Shown here: one piece after another, positions 63,108 through 64,000 of the stretch
Layout: each line of letters opens with the position of its first letter
Numbering within the stretch: the first letter of the stretch is position 1
Source: Escherichia coli
GTDB lineage: Bacteria > Pseudomonadota > Gammaproteobacteria > Enterobacterales > Enterobacteriaceae
Assembly (NCBI RefSeq): GCF_016026235.1
Contig: NZ_CP065613.1
DNA: 64,000 bases
Direction: 5' to 3' (one strand)
Translations under genes and position numbers: made by a program
Notes under the pieces: model-generated
Seen by the model: the letters and a program-made list of their open reading frames with translations, nothing else
Database searches by the model: none
Told to the model about the DNA's origin: nothing

Positions 63108-64000
63108 ATGAGCTTTAACACAATCATTGACTGGAATAGCTGTACTGCGGAGCAACAACGCCAGTTGTTAATGCGCCCGGCGATCTCCGCTTCTGAAAGC
63201 ATTACCCGCACTGTTAACGTTATTCTCGATAACGTGAAAGCACGCGGCGATGAGGCCCTGCGGGAATACAGCGCGAAGTTTGATAAAACCACGGTTACCG
63301 CGCTGAAGGTGTCTGCAGAGGAAATTGCCGCCCCCAGCGAACGCCTGAGCGACGAGCTAAAACAGGCGATGGCGGTGGCAGTAAAGAATATTGAAACCTT
63401 CCACACTGCGCAAAAACTACCGCCGGTAGATGTAGAAACGCAGCCAGGCGTACGTTGCCGGCAGGTCACGCGCCCGGTGGCTTCAGTGGGTTTGTATATT
63501 CCTGGCGGCTCCGCCCCGCTCTTCTCAACGGTATTAATGCTGGCAACTCCGGCGCGTATTGCGGGCTGTAAAAAAGTGGTGCTGTGCTCACCGCCGCCGA
63601 TTGCCGATGAGATCCTTTATGCGGCGCAGCTGTGCGGTGTGCAGGACGTGTTTAACGTCGGCGGCGCACAGGCCATTGCCGCGCTGGCGTTTGGTACGGA
63701 ATCTGTGCCGAAAGTGGACAAAATCTTCGGGCCGGGTAACGCCTTTGTCACCGAAGCAAAACGCCAGGTAAGCCAGCGTCTGGACGGTGCGGCGATCGAT
63801 ATGCCCGCAGGCCCGTCGGAAGTGCTGGTGATTGCTGACAGCGGCGCTACGCCGGATTTCGTGGCTTCTGATTTGCTTTCTCAGGCTGAACACGGTCCGG
63901 ACTCACAGGTGATTTTACTGACGCCCGATGCTGATATGGCGCGTCGCGTTGCCGAGGCTGTCGAACGCCAATTGGCAGAACTGCCGCGTGCCGAAACCGC
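63108..64000 (+). CDS. hisD: Histidinol dehydrogenase, N-terminal part (3' end outside window)
   Basis: ATG at 63108, 5 bp after the hisG stop; frame open to the window end ([27 protein letters not shown]...). Confidence 0.9.
   Translation, partial: MSFNTIIDWNSCTAEQQRQLLMRPAISASESITRTVNVILDNVKARGDEALREYSAKFDKTTVTALKVSAEEIAAPSERLSDELKQAMAVAVKNIETFHTAQKLPPVDVETQPGVRCRQVTRPVASVGLYIPGGSAPLFSTVLMLATPARIAGCKKVVLCSPPPIADEILYAAQLCGVQDVFNVGGAQAIAALAFGTESVPKVDKIFGPGNAFVTEAKRQVSQRLDGAAIDMPAGPSEVLVIADSGATPDFVASDLLSQAEHGPDSQVILLTPDADMARRVAEAVERQLAELPRAET

Overview
This window is an Escherichia coli-type chromosomal segment running from the 3' part of the adhesin gene yeeJ to the start of hisD. Gene names are assigned by recognising the translated ORFs from memory; no database search was possible. 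Conserved core genes on the left (yeeJ, yeeL, shiA, amn, yeeN, asnW, yeeO, asnU, cbl, nac, asnV, erfK, cobT-cobS-cobU) and right (yeeX, yeeA, sbmC, dacD, sbcB, plaP, yeeY, yeeZ, yoeB-yefM, hisL, hisG, hisD) bracket an accessory island of about 35 kb (roughly 17.4-52.4 kb). The island sits where K-12 carries the CP4-44 cryptic prophage but its content differs. It holds (i) a four-gene AT-rich cargo cassette: a DeoR-HTH::PfkB kinase fusion, a hypothetical protein, a DUF606-type transporter with an in-frame TAG, and a phosphotriesterase-family hydrolase; (ii) a dense cluster of insertion sequences: an IS110/IS1111-type element with 14-bp inverted repeats, and an ISL3 element that is itself hit by IS2 and an IS21-family element and truncates a ggt paralogue; (iii) a P4/CP4-like backbone remnant (YagK-like, AlpA, GTPase yeeP, Ag43/flu, DUF932, antirestriction, RadC-like, yeeT, cbeA-cbtA, yeeW) in which yeeP is split by an IS10-like element and flu by a second IS21-family element, both with target-site duplications. 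No integrase, CRISPR array or rRNA was found. The most interesting unexplained items are the cargo cassette, the IS110-type element with its non-coding flank, two paralogous Cys-rich proteins, a small zinc-ribbon membrane protein and a 305-aa protein with a C-terminal RHH-like motif.
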